From: an uncultured Patescibacteria group bacterium
Lineage (GTDB): Bacteria > Patescibacteriota > Microgenomatia > UBA1400 > PJMF01
Direction: 5' to 3'
Assembly (NCBI GenBank): GCA_905478415.1
Contig: CAJQIG010000002.1
Coordinates: forward strand, 5,573-69,572
Length of the DNA: 64,000 nucleotides
Of the stretch, positions 9,915-19,711 are shown in pieces (the first letter of the stretch is position 1; every line of letters begins with the position of its first letter). The notes under the pieces were generated by a model, which had not been told where the DNA came from, ran no database searches, and saw only the letters and a program-made list of their open reading frames with translations. Made by a program: the position numbers and the translations under genes.

Positions 9915-10958
9915 ATGAAAAAGAAATTCACCTCCTTATTTACTACTCTAAAGGAACGATGGAAACTTACAATTTTTGTCTTGTTACTTCTCGTAGGTGG
10001 AGCATTCTTTTTCTTTAAACAAAGTGCTGCCAGTGAAGTTGAGCAAACGTTTATCACCCCAGAAAAAGGAAATATTACTGAGTCTATCGAACTCTCCGGA
10101 ACAGTAGATGCCAAAGAGCGAGCCCGCCTCAGATTTATTGCTGGTGGAAAGCTTACCTATCTGGGTGCTCAAGAAGGAGACCAGGTCAAAAAATGGCAAA
10201 CACTTGCAACTATCGATCAAGCTAGTTTACAAAAACAACTTGAACAAAACTTAAATCTCTACATGAAAGAACGCTGGGACTGGGAGCAAACACAAGATAA
10301 CATTGATGGCAACTACTTGGGAGAAGACGATGCCAGTCGCCGAACGATCGATAAAGAACAGTTTGACCTTAACAACACTGTTCTGACCGTAGAAATTCAA
10401 GATATTGCTATCAAAAATACCCGGTTGACTGCCCCATTTGAGGGTATCTTGGTAACATCACCTGCATCAGTAACTGGAGTCCAGTTGTTAGCTACTGATT
10501 ACTTCGAAATTGTGAACCCTGACTCAATTATCTTCAGAGCCTATGTTGATGAAGAAGATGTAGCTAAAATTCAACTCAACCAAATGAGCAATATTACTCT
10601 TGATGCTTTCGACAACGAAATTATAGATAGCACAGTGAACTATATAGCATATACCGCTCTCCAAAGCTCTGAGGGAACGGTATTTATTGTTGAATTCCCC
10701 CTAGAATACAGTGAAACAAGCCTGCCACTGAGAATTGGCATGAATGGAGATGTGCAAGTTGTCCTGAACCAAAAAGAAGACGTCATGACCATTCCAATTA
10801 TAGCTACCATTCAACGTGATGATCGCACCTATGTCCAAGTCAAAGCAGAAAATGGAACTCTTGAAGAGCGTGAAATTGAAATTGGCTTAGAGTCAGAAGA
10901 TTCGGTCGAAATTATTTCAGGACTTACCGAAAGTGACCAAGTCTTACTGCCAGAATAA
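9915..10958 (+). CDS. Efflux transporter periplasmic adaptor (MacA/HlyD family)
   Basis: N-terminal TM, biotinyl-like GDQVKKWQTLATID, LTAPFEG, EIISGL; start chosen 8 nt after TATACT. Confidence 0.88.
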   Translation: MKKKFTSLFTTLKERWKLTIFVLLLLVGGAFFFFKQSAASEVEQTFITPEKGNITESIELSGTVDAKERARLRFIAGGKLTYLGAQEGDQVKKWQTLATIDQASLQKQLEQNLNLYMKERWDWEQTQDNIDGNYLGEDDASRRTIDKEQFDLNNTVLTVEIQDIAIKNTRLTAPFEGILVTSPASVTGVQLLATDYFEIVNPDSIIFRAYVDEEDVAKIQLNQMSNITLDAFDNEIIDSTVNYIAYTALQSSEGTVFIVEFPLEYSETSLPLRIGMNGDVQVVLNQKEDVMTIPIIATIQRDDRTYVQVKAENGTLEEREIEIGLESEDSVEIISGLTESDQVLLPE

Positions 10959-10963
10959 CGCGT

Positions 10964-11683
10964 ATGCTACTCCGCTTAACTACCGTCTCAAAACACTACA
11001 AGCTCGGTGGCACAGTCATTCGAGCCCTCGATAAAGTCACTGTTGATATTGACAGTGGTGAGTTTGTGGCCATCATGGGACCTTCTGGAAGTGGAAAATC
11101 AACCTTTCTCCAGGTAGCAAGCATGCTGGCACAACCCAGTGATGGAACTATCTTTCTGAAAGGAATTGATGTCACTGAGTATAATGAAATTGAGAGTGCG
11201 AAACTTCGAAATAAAGAAATTGGTTTCGTCTTTCAACAGTTTAATCTGCTCGCTAAAACAACAGCTCTTGATAATGTAAAACTACCCCTTGTCTATGGCC
11301 AGGTATCTGATCGAGAACAAAACAGACGTGCCAAAGAAATGCTTGATCGAGTTGGGCTCTCTGATCGAATGAACAACACCTCTGCTCAACTTTCTGGTGG
11401 CCAGCAACAACGAGTAGCCATAGCTCGAGCGCTGGTAAATGAACCAGCAGTCATTTTTGCTGACGAACCAACCGGAAACCTCGATACTAAAAGTGGTGAA
11501 GAAATCATGAAACTCTTGGTCAACCTTCACAAAGAAGGTAAAACCATTATTATGGTCACCCATGAAGAAGAAATTGCCGCCTTTGCTGACCGACTAATTA
11601 TGTTCAGAGATGGAAACATCCTTTCTGATACAAAAAAACGAAAAACAAAGAAAAAAACTTCTAAGAAGAAAGGCAAAAAATAA
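10964..11683 (+). CDS. ABC transporter ATP-binding protein (MacB/LolD-like)
   Basis: [43 protein letters not shown]. Confidence 0.95.
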   Translation: MLLRLTTVSKHYKLGGTVIRALDKVTVDIDSGEFVAIMGPSGSGKSTFLQVASMLAQPSDGTIFLKGIDVTEYNEIESAKLRNKEIGFVFQQFNLLAKTTALDNVKLPLVYGQVSDREQNRRAKEMLDRVGLSDRMNNTSAQLSGGQQQRVAIARALVNEPAVIFADEPTGNLDTKSGEEIMKLLVNLHKEGKTIIMVTHEEEIAAFADRLIMFRDGNILSDTKKRKTKKKTSKKKGKK

Positions 11684-12894
11684 TGGGAAATGCCTTTAAA
11701 CTTGCCATCAAAGCTATCTGGATCAACAAAACTCGCTCATTTTTGACTACGCTTGGCGTTATTATTGGTGTTGGCTCAGTCGTGCTCCTCACCTCAATTG
11801 GAACTGGCCTTTCTGCCTTTGTCCAAGAACAATTCGACGCACTTGGTGCTAATACCGTTATTGTCTACCCAGGTGATATCTTTGGAGAAGATGGTGGATT
11901 TAGTCAAGAAGCACAACTCAGTGCGCTTTCTAACTCAAAATTAAAAATGAGTGACGTACAAGAACTAAGACGATTGCGAGAGTTCCTTGACATTGTAGTA
12001 CCAATGAACACCAGGCAGGAAACACTTTCATACCGAGGTTCATCAAGAAAAGTAAGCATTGTAGGTACCACACACGAATTCATCATTGCAAAAGCAAATA
12101 TTTTGCCAGAAACAGGCCGTTTTTTTACTAAAGAAGAGTCTGAAGGTGCCAAGAAAGTTATTGTCTTAGGACCAACTATTAAAGAAGACCTCTTCGGTAA
12201 TATCGATCCAATTGGCAAAAAAATGAGAGTTGGTTCAACCACCTACCGAGTTATCGGTGTAATGGAGGAAGCTGGAGGCGGTGGTTTTGGAGGCCCTTCA
12301 TTTGATACCTATGCATATATTCCTATCGAAACTTCTTTCAAACAGTTTGATAACAAGACTATTATCGAAATTATCACTAAAACAAAAAGTACTGATAATA
12401 TTCCAGAATCCATCGCAGCTATCGAGAAAACCATGTTAAAGAAATTCAAAGAAGATGAGTTTTCTGTTGTCGAACAATCTGATATTTTAGAAACAATTCA
12501 AGAAATTCTCGGAGTCCTTACACTTGGCCTCGGTGGTATCTCCAGTATTTCTCTAGTTGTCGGCGGTATTGGCATCATGAACATCATGCTTGTTTCAGTC
12601 ACCGAGCGCACCAAAGAAATAGGCCTCAGAAAAGCCCTCGGTGCTACCCCAAATGTGATTATGTTACAGTTTTTAATCGAGTCTGCACTGCTTTCAATCC
12701 TTGGTGGAACAATTGGTATCATCATTGCTCTTTTTGGAACTTGGGGACTACAATCCTTTTTTCCAGCCAAAGTCACCTTGGATGCTATTTTGCTCGCGTT
12801 CGGCGTTTCAACTGCCGTCGGCCTTATTTTCGGCGTGGCTCCAGCTCGACGAGCTGCTGGCCTTTCACCAATCGAAGCGCTTCGCTACGAGTAA
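11683..12894 (+). CDS. ABC transporter permease (MacB/FtsX family)
   Basis: RSFLTTLGVIIG, GGIGIMNIMLVSVTERTKEIGLRKALGA, PIEALRYE. Confidence 0.95.
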   Translation: MGNAFKLAIKAIWINKTRSFLTTLGVIIGVGSVVLLTSIGTGLSAFVQEQFDALGANTVIVYPGDIFGEDGGFSQEAQLSALSNSKLKMSDVQELRRLREFLDIVVPMNTRQETLSYRGSSRKVSIVGTTHEFIIAKANILPETGRFFTKEESEGAKKVIVLGPTIKEDLFGNIDPIGKKMRVGSTTYRVIGVMEEAGGGGFGGPSFDTYAYIPIETSFKQFDNKTIIEIITKTKSTDNIPESIAAIEKTMLKKFKEDEFSVVEQSDILETIQEILGVLTLGLGGISSISLVVGGIGIMNIMLVSVTERTKEIGLRKALGATPNVIMLQFLIESALLSILGGTIGIIIALFGTWGLQSFFPAKVTLDAILLAFGVSTAVGLIFGVAPARRAAGLSPIEALRYE

Positions 12895-12940
12895 GTATCA
12901 CCTTCTCTACCTCAATATACTTTAATGCTATACTGATCTC

Positions 12941-13333
12941 ATGGGAAAGATAAAAACACTTTTTGGCACACTTGGATTACTGGGAGTTGTGGTAGTTGGA
13001 GGCTATTTCTACTCCAAGAACTCCAACTCATTACTGGCAAAAAAAATAGCTCCGCTTGTCGAAATAGTTGCTCCTACCATCGAAAAAGCCCCCTCACTTG
13101 CACAAGAAATAAAACTCCCAGAAGATGGCCTAGCAGAGGTCAGTACCCTCACAGAGCGTGGCAAAGAACTGACAGAGCATGTGGGAACCGTACTTGGAGA
13201 AAGTGTGGCTGAAGTTGACGCTGAAAAACAACCGCTACATGAAAGAGCCATTGAATATGGACAGTACTTATACTGTAAGGGAATTGTTGAGGAGTACGAG
13301 AGGACTCAACAAATCAAGACCACAGAAAACTAG
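12941..13333 (+). CDS. Hypothetical single-TM protein
   Basis: ATG 6 nt after TGcTATACT; N-terminal TM; C-terminal YGQYLYCKGIV. Confidence 0.75.
   Translation: MGKIKTLFGTLGLLGVVVVGGYFYSKNSNSLLAKKIAPLVEIVAPTIEKAPSLAQEIKLPEDGLAEVSTLTERGKELTEHVGTVLGESVAEVDAEKQPLHERAIEYGQYLYCKGIVEEYERTQQIKTTEN
12957..13301 (+). repeat. 345-bp direct repeat, copy 1
   Basis: Matches 13774-14118 (offset 817) with 10 substitutions counted by eye. Confidence 0.95.
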
Positions 13334-13731
13334 TTTTCAACAACTTGTTGTGCTCTGGAAATATGCATTTTTACGATAAAAGCATTAGGGCTAGTAGTAT
13401 CTGTTTCCAAAAAGTATCTAATTTGCCAACCACCCGCCGTTACTTTAAGATCAGTATCTCTTTCAAAAAAATCTCCTTCAGGTATATGAAACATTGTATT
13501 TAGTCCGTTAAATATTCCACCCAAAGAATCGCGTGCTTGCTCCCAAATTGATCGCACATCAGATTCTGAATGAAGATCGTTTTCTAGCAGTGCTTGAAGA
13601 GGAATCGCTATCATTTTCCCTCTTACTTCTAGTTGTTGTTGAGTTAATTCTTTTACTTGAGTTAATTCTTTTTGAGTTGGTACTTTTATATTAAACATTC
13701 GATCAGCAAAAGATGAATATGATTCTCCCAT
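13330..13731 (-). CDS. Hypothetical protein lying between the direct repeats
   Basis: 133-aa ORF with AAGGAA SD-like site; no recognised motif. Confidence 0.65.
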   Translation of the reverse strand: MGESYSSFADRMFNIKVPTQKELTQVKELTQQQLEVRGKMIAIPLQALLENDLHSESDVRSIWEQARDSLGGIFNGLNTMFHIPEGDFFERDTDLKVTAGGWQIRYFLETDTTSPNAFIVKMHISRAQQVVEN

Positions 13732-13773
13732 AGCTTAGTTCCTTTTTACTTTTTGTCCATGATGGCATCATAG

Positions 13774-14144
13774 CACTTTTTGGCACACTTGGATTACTGG
13801 GAGTTGTGGTAGTTGGAGGCTATTTCTATTCCAAGAACTCCAACTCATTACTGGCAAAAAAAATAGCTCCGCTTGTCGAAATAGTTGCTCCTACCATCGA
13901 AAAAGCCCCCTCACTTGCACAAGAAATAAAACTCCCAGAAGATGGCCTAGCAGAGGTCAGTACCCTCACAGAGCGTGGCAAAGAACTCACTGAACATGTG
14001 GGAACCGTACTTGGAGAAAGTGTGGCTGAAGTCGACGCTGAAAAACAACCCCTGCACGAAAGAGCTATGGAATATGGACAGTACTTATACTGTAAGGGAA
14101 TTGTTGAGGAGTACGAGACAACTAATTCAAAAATAGCAGACTAA
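13774..14144 (+). pseudogene. 5'-truncated duplicate of the 12941-13333 gene (direct repeat copy 2 = 13774-14118)
   Basis: Near-identical coding sequence but lacks the first codons and promoter; no in-frame ATG between the stop at 13731 and the repeat; different C-terminal tail. Confidence 0.75.
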
Positions 14145-14149
14145 AAGAA

Positions 14150-17100
14150 CTAATCCCCTTCCCTAATATATCCATATTGGGCTTGCACAATCGGCTGATC
14201 AACCATCTTTGAGAGAAGAGGCTGCATCTCACGCAAGGTTTTTACTGAATCTATTGTCTTCAAGGTATTCTTGTCATACCAAAATGCATACACAAACCCC
14301 TTGATATCCATATAAATAATTTTATTTTCATTAGAAACTAACTCTTTATACATACCAAAGTCTTTAGTCCATTCAACTGACATCGTTTTCAAAAGTCTAC
14401 CTAGTAAAATTGGACCCGTTTTTTTCATCGTGAATCCCTCACTCTGTGAATACGCCGATCTTAAAAAATCTCTAACTTCCAATGGTATTTCTTCATTTTG
14501 AGATAACTCATCTATTATTTCAGTAGTCTTCATGTTAAAAACTCTTGACTGAAGCGTCAATAAGGTGAAAGAGGTGCTAGTTCCATTTTGCTCTATTTGT
14601 TTTTGCTTATCTTTACAGAGCATACTCAGTTCTTTTAAGTCATCTAATGCATTCATTTCATCAGAATTATCATTCTTTTTATACCACTCAAAAAAATCAC
14701 TAATCGAGTGATCTCCACTGGCTTCCCAATCTAAGAACATTTCTAAATTTACATTTTTAAGATTAACCCTTACTTTATCTTTATCGAAAAAATAACCACT
14801 ATTATGTTGCAAACCAACTACAATATTAAGTAAAAAGACCTGTTGACCAATGTCATCTAAAACTCCATCTGCCCACATTTTTTCTCCAAATTCTGCAATA
14901 TTCCCCCAGGAAGCCCCTCCCCATGGATCGTCTTGATCAAAACCTCTTGGGTCAATGAATTTCCCCTTTACTTGATGAAACATTACTCTGATTTCCTCTT
15001 CTGTTCCCTCTTGGTATAGTAAGCGGTTACTTCTTGGAGAAGCAGAAATAGCAAACTTGTCTTGTGCATGTTTAATTTCAGAATTAACTGCAAATACCAT
15101 ATACTCACGCACTTTTTTGAACAATGAAGTTATTTCATTATTTACTCTTTGTCCAAGTTTTTCGTTCAGTTCTAAAGTGGTTTTGTAGTTCTGTCTCAAT
15201 AAGACTAGGATATAATATCTGAAAATTTCTTTAAAACAATTGATCTCACGATAGGGCTCTCGTTCAATTTTTTCTTGTGGAGCAACCTCATTGCTAAGAT
15301 ATGTCTCAATTGAAATAAACTCATCACTTTTGTGTGGGAAAAGTTTTTTACCTAAAGCACACAGGCTTTTTACTGTCTCAAAATTTTTCGCAAATACTTC
15401 TTCTTTTATTTGTGACTTTAGCCATGAGTACTCACCTTCTCCATCTTGTAGTTCGATTTGGAACTCACTAATAAAAAAACAGAGCGTATCATATTCTTTA
15501 TTTTTGACGCAATCAATTAAAAACTGATTTTGCGTGTCAAGTTCTAGACTTCTGAAATCGTCTGCTACTGATGATCTATCAATATCTTTGAAGAGTGAAA
15601 AGTGTGTTAACATAACATCCGGATATACAGAAATGAACTTGTTCAAATACTTCATTTTTGCAGTAGGATCTAGGTACTTAAAATAGTACATTATATCAAC
15701 ATCAAAATAACTATTTGAACTTAGGATTGTTTCAGCTAGCTTCTTCTTATCCACTTGATGAAATGTTTCAGAATATTTTCTTATAATTTCAAACTGTGAC
15801 GCTTCTAAAAACCTTTCTCCTAAACGTTTAAAATCAATATTGGAATGCATAATTACATCCATATGAGAGGATAAAGGGTAGTTCAGCTCGCAGTTCCAAA
15901 ATTCATCAATAATCATGTTGTGGTGATCAGATAAATTGCTCCAGTATCTGAATACTTCATTATGAAATTCAGTATGAATCGTGGCTACTAGAACTTTTTT
16001 CAATTGATCTTGAGAAAGCTTTTCACTCCATTCTAGGAAGCAGTAAATCAATTTATCTTCCCCCATAGACTCTAACAACATGGTGATGTTTGCATTTGGA
16101 AAGTGTGACAATTTTTTTACTACAAAACCCTGGTAATTGTATTTAAGACAAAGTCTCATGAGTACATCTGGATCAATTTCTTTCAGATAGCCCCAAACCT
16201 TATATAAATGATCAACGCTAATTTGATTTCCTTCCATAGCTTTTTCAAGTACATCGAGCACATTAATACTGCTCTCAGTTTTCGATAAACATCGAATTAA
16301 AGAACCAAATTTTTTCTTTGCCAATAGTAGTTCAATAAACTTATCAGTATCGTATGATTCAAAATAATCAATGTATGTGAATACATCATGCCCATGGCCA
16401 GAGTCAACTATCTTTTCAAGTAACAACTCAGCTCTAATCTGCTTAAAAAAATCAAAGTTTTCAAATAGATAGTAAATACGGTAATTCTCAATAAAAGCTT
16501 CTGCAATAACTGTTCTATTACAACTTGAAAAATAATCTAATTCATCACTCAGTAGCCTCATATTTCCATTATCAATTAGTTTCTGAAGGATTAGATCTCG
16601 ATCAGCGTCAGGAAAACTTGATTCTGCTGCAATAAGAGACTCAACACAAGAATTTTTTAATGCATCCTGTTCTATCATCGCTAACTCTGCGGTAGAAAAT
16701 GAAAAGTCCTTAATCCTAGAAATTAAATATTCGATATTTCCTGTTTTTATAGCCATTTTTAATAGCCATGATTGATCTAGATCTTTAAAATATTGAGTGT
16801 TCTGAAAAACATATACACCTTTATTTTCAGCAAACATTGCCTTTGCTAGCTGCTTCATATCTATGTTTGACGTTCTTGCACTTTTAATCATTTCAGTACA
16901 AGAACGATAATTAAAAATAGATCTTGATAAGGACCTCATTTCATCGTAAGTTAATTCTTTTTTTAGTTCAAAAAATTGAGATAAAGCTTCACTTCCCCAT
17001 ACAGTATCTAAAACAAAATGGTTAGATTCAGCGTCAATAGGAAGAATACTATTAACTAATATATCCATACCTTGTTTTTTTAACTTAAGCACTAACTCTA

Positions 17101-17350
17101 AAAACCAAACTGGTTGTGAAAGTGATGTTTTTTCTTCTTTTATTTGAATAAATTTTTGAACAATTTCATCAGTGCTACTACTCAAAATAACTTCTCTGTA
17201 TCCCGCTAGGATCTCTTCTTTACCAGTATTTTTTCGTTCTGAAACTGAATCTTTTATTTCTTCATCTTTGGAATTGACTAAAAACAATTTAGAGATCACT
17301 TGTCTTCTTCTTGTCAACTCATGATTTTGTTTAATAATATGTTCATTCAT
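14150..17350 (-). CDS. Large hypothetical protein, probably helical-repeat N-terminal region plus a distinct C-terminal domain
   Basis: 1066-aa ORF, visibly AT-richer than its neighbours; no assignable family. Confidence 0.75.
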   Translation of the reverse strand: MNEHIIKQNHELTRRRQVISKLFLVNSKDEEIKDSVSERKNTGKEEILAGYREVILSSSTDEIVQKFIQIKEEKTSLSQPVWFLELVLKLKKQGMDILVNSILPIDAESNHFVLDTVWGSEALSQFFELKKELTYDEMRSLSRSIFNYRSCTEMIKSARTSNIDMKQLAKAMFAENKGVYVFQNTQYFKDLDQSWLLKMAIKTGNIEYLISRIKDFSFSTAELAMIEQDALKNSCVESLIAAESSFPDADRDLILQKLIDNGNMRLLSDELDYFSSCNRTVIAEAFIENYRIYYLFENFDFFKQIRAELLLEKIVDSGHGHDVFTYIDYFESYDTDKFIELLLAKKKFGSLIRCLSKTESSINVLDVLEKAMEGNQISVDHLYKVWGYLKEIDPDVLMRLCLKYNYQGFVVKKLSHFPNANITMLLESMGEDKLIYCFLEWSEKLSQDQLKKVLVATIHTEFHNEVFRYWSNLSDHHNMIIDEFWNCELNYPLSSHMDVIMHSNIDFKRLGERFLEASQFEIIRKYSETFHQVDKKKLAETILSSNSYFDVDIMYYFKYLDPTAKMKYLNKFISVYPDVMLTHFSLFKDIDRSSVADDFRSLELDTQNQFLIDCVKNKEYDTLCFFISEFQIELQDGEGEYSWLKSQIKEEVFAKNFETVKSLCALGKKLFPHKSDEFISIETYLSNEVAPQEKIEREPYREINCFKEIFRYYILVLLRQNYKTTLELNEKLGQRVNNEITSLFKKVREYMVFAVNSEIKHAQDKFAISASPRSNRLLYQEGTEEEIRVMFHQVKGKFIDPRGFDQDDPWGGASWGNIAEFGEKMWADGVLDDIGQQVFLLNIVVGLQHNSGYFFDKDKVRVNLKNVNLEMFLDWEASGDHSISDFFEWYKKNDNSDEMNALDDLKELSMLCKDKQKQIEQNGTSTSFTLLTLQSRVFNMKTTEIIDELSQNEEIPLEVRDFLRSAYSQSEGFTMKKTGPILLGRLLKTMSVEWTKDFGMYKELVSNENKIIYMDIKGFVYAFWYDKNTLKTIDSVKTLREMQPLLSKMVDQPIVQAQYGYIREGD

Positions 17351-17359
17351 AATAATAAA

Positions 17360-19711
17360 TTACAAATTCGACCGACTCGTAATCTCAGCCTGCACCACAT
17401 CCACATCTTTTCCATACTTGAGCCGAGATAACTGTTTAATCATATCTGCCTGTTTTGGGTTCATACGAGCTTCAATAGCAGCCATATCTTTCATCAATGA
17501 CATACTAAATGGCGGCACTGGCTCATTCTTTACGATTGTCTTTACATAGACATGATACTTTTCGATGTTTGTGAGATCTCCTTCGTTAAAAGTTGGCGCA
17601 AACTCATGCTGCAAAAAGTTTGCATCAGGAACACCGACGCGGAACGAAACCATAGTACCAACGTTACCAAAAACAGCATTCTTAACTTCTTCGTCAATCT
17701 GACTGACAAACTGATTGGCCACAATCAAGTTGAGACGATACTTGCGAGCCTCTGAAAGAATGACCGCAAAATCTTCGGTAGCATAATTCTGGAACTCATC
17801 AACATACAGGAAGAAGTCTTTACGATCGTGCATCGGAATGTCCTGACGAGACATAGCAGCAGTCAGTACTTTTGGAACTAAAATCAGTCCCAAAAACTTA
17901 GCGTCTTCCTCTCCTAGTACACCTTTTGAAAGGTTGCAGAGAATAATTTTTTGTTCATCCATAGCTTTACGAAAATTAAACGAACTTTCTGGCTGACCAA
18001 TAATATTACGCATGGTTTTGTTAGTCACAAACCGACCAAACTTAGAAACAATGTAATCCAAAACTTCGGACTTGTGGAAGTCAGAGGTTTGAGCCATCTG
18101 ATCAGTCCAGTACCGACGCACCACTGGATCTTTTACAAGCGGTAGCATTTCGTCAATATACTTTTGATCGGTTAAAATACGCACCAACTCAATAAAAGTA
18201 GTGCCTTTTTTGTACATAATAGTCAACATAGCATTACGAATAGCGTGCTCAAACCGAGGACCAATGATACCAGTGCGGTGCGGGTCATACAGTTTATACA
18301 TCAAACCAATAATTGATCCCACCACAAAGTGACGTTGCTCTTCGCTATCCGCCTCCATCATATTCAGACCCATTGGACGACTAAGGTCAGAAGGGTTGAA
18401 GTAAATGACATCGTCGGCACGTTCTGGAGGCATGAGTTGTAAGATATCTTCGATAAATTCTCCATGTGGGTCGACAGCACAAACACCATTGCCATTTTCA
18501 ATATCCTGCAGGATCATTTCTTTCAAAAACTCTGACTTACCAGTACCAGTCTTTCCAATAATGTACATATGCCGTCTACGGTCATCATCACCAATGTATA
18601 CTTCTCTCGATTCTCCTCTGTACTGAGACTTACCCAGTCTGAGTCCCTTGGTTGGAATATTGTGAGGAGCCGGAGCATGTTTAGCGTTCAGCCATCTGAT
18701 AAAGTGAGTTTCGATCATTTTACTTGGCAGATGGAACATGGTAGCTAATTCTTCGGAATTAAGAATCATTGTGTTCCGATTAAAAAGAGGCATGTAGCGA
18801 TACAAAAAGTCGATCATGAACAAGTGTTTCAAAAATACTCGTCCTTTTTTAATATTATTGTAGGCACTGCTGAATTGAGCAAAAGCTCCCAAAATGTTAT
18901 TAATGTGAGAGTCAGCAGAGTTTTCATCTGGAGAAGAAACAACAACTCTCAGAGCCACTGTGAAACCTACTTTTTCTGCTTTTGTGGTAATCGCCTCCAT
19001 CTCTTTTGGATCATGGTTGTACGAAGCTTTTTCTGGATCTGCTTCACGCTTTTTCTGCTTCTGTACGTACGATCGACCTTGATCCTGCCATTTTTTTGAT
19101 GCTGGCTGGAGCAAGATCTGCACAACAGCTCCTTCTCCTGGGCCCATCTTTGCAAGCGCAGAAGTAATCAACGATAATCCATCAGTTGGTAAATCTTTAT
19201 ATGGTTTCAGCGGTAAGTACTTGGCACGATCAAACGTCAGCGAAGCAAATGAAACTTTTCCTTTTTCACTGAAAATATTTATTTCGTCAACTTCCTTGAT
19301 ATCTGCGTTTGGATAAGCACCATGAACCTGCTTTTCGACGAAATCTCTAATTCCTCTGGAACAACTAACGTAAAAAGCAATTTCTTCTTTAAGTGCCACA
19401 ATCTCAAACGAGATAATATCGTCCGTCTTTAAAAAGGAAGTAACTCCCCTGCTTTTAAGCGCATAGAGGGCTGCAAACATTTGTTCGGCAGCATCAATTT
19501 TCGTTTCATTGTCTTTTGGTACTCTAATCATGAGCGTTACAAAGCTCAGCGCATACTTTTCACGATTACGATGCTTAAACCACTGCAGACCCATGTAGGC
19601 AAACACTCCAAGAATGATCCATAGAAAGAGCATGGCAAACAGCGCAGCTGTCACCGCTATGAGTTGTTGTAAAACTGTATTTGGATCCATTGCGTTTCCT
19701 CTAAAAGACAA
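17360..19711 (-). CDS. Type IV secretion coupling-protein-like ATPase (VirD4/TrwB/HerA-DUF87 superfamily)
   Basis: N-terminal TM; RHMYIIGKTGTGKS (Walker A), VDPHGE, LYVDEFQN (Walker B), SEARKYRLNLIVANQ, FGNVGT. Confidence 0.85.
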   Translation of the reverse strand: MSFRGNAMDPNTVLQQLIAVTAALFAMLFLWIILGVFAYMGLQWFKHRNREKYALSFVTLMIRVPKDNETKIDAAEQMFAALYALKSRGVTSFLKTDDIISFEIVALKEEIAFYVSCSRGIRDFVEKQVHGAYPNADIKEVDEINIFSEKGKVSFASLTFDRAKYLPLKPYKDLPTDGLSLITSALAKMGPGEGAVVQILLQPASKKWQDQGRSYVQKQKKREADPEKASYNHDPKEMEAITTKAEKVGFTVALRVVVSSPDENSADSHINNILGAFAQFSSAYNNIKKGRVFLKHLFMIDFLYRYMPLFNRNTMILNSEELATMFHLPSKMIETHFIRWLNAKHAPAPHNIPTKGLRLGKSQYRGESREVYIGDDDRRRHMYIIGKTGTGKSEFLKEMILQDIENGNGVCAVDPHGEFIEDILQLMPPERADDVIYFNPSDLSRPMGLNMMEADSEEQRHFVVGSIIGLMYKLYDPHRTGIIGPRFEHAIRNAMLTIMYKKGTTFIELVRILTDQKYIDEMLPLVKDPVVRRYWTDQMAQTSDFHKSEVLDYIVSKFGRFVTNKTMRNIIGQPESSFNFRKAMDEQKIILCNLSKGVLGEEDAKFLGLILVPKVLTAAMSRQDIPMHDRKDFFLYVDEFQNYATEDFAVILSEARKYRLNLIVANQFVSQIDEEVKNAVFGNVGTMVSFRVGVPDANFLQHEFAPTFNEGDLTNIEKYHVYVKTIVKNEPVPPFSMSLMKDMAAIEARMNPKQADMIKQLSRLKYGKDVDVVQAEITSRSNL

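Noticed and set aside
9782-10018. 78-aa ORF across the tRNA
   Set aside because: Overlaps the tRNA antisense and the adaptor gene; spurious
12957-14118. Repeat pair as a diversity-generating retroelement template/variable repeat
   Set aside because: Mismatches are not adenine-specific, all fall at third codon positions, and no reverse transcriptase is in the window
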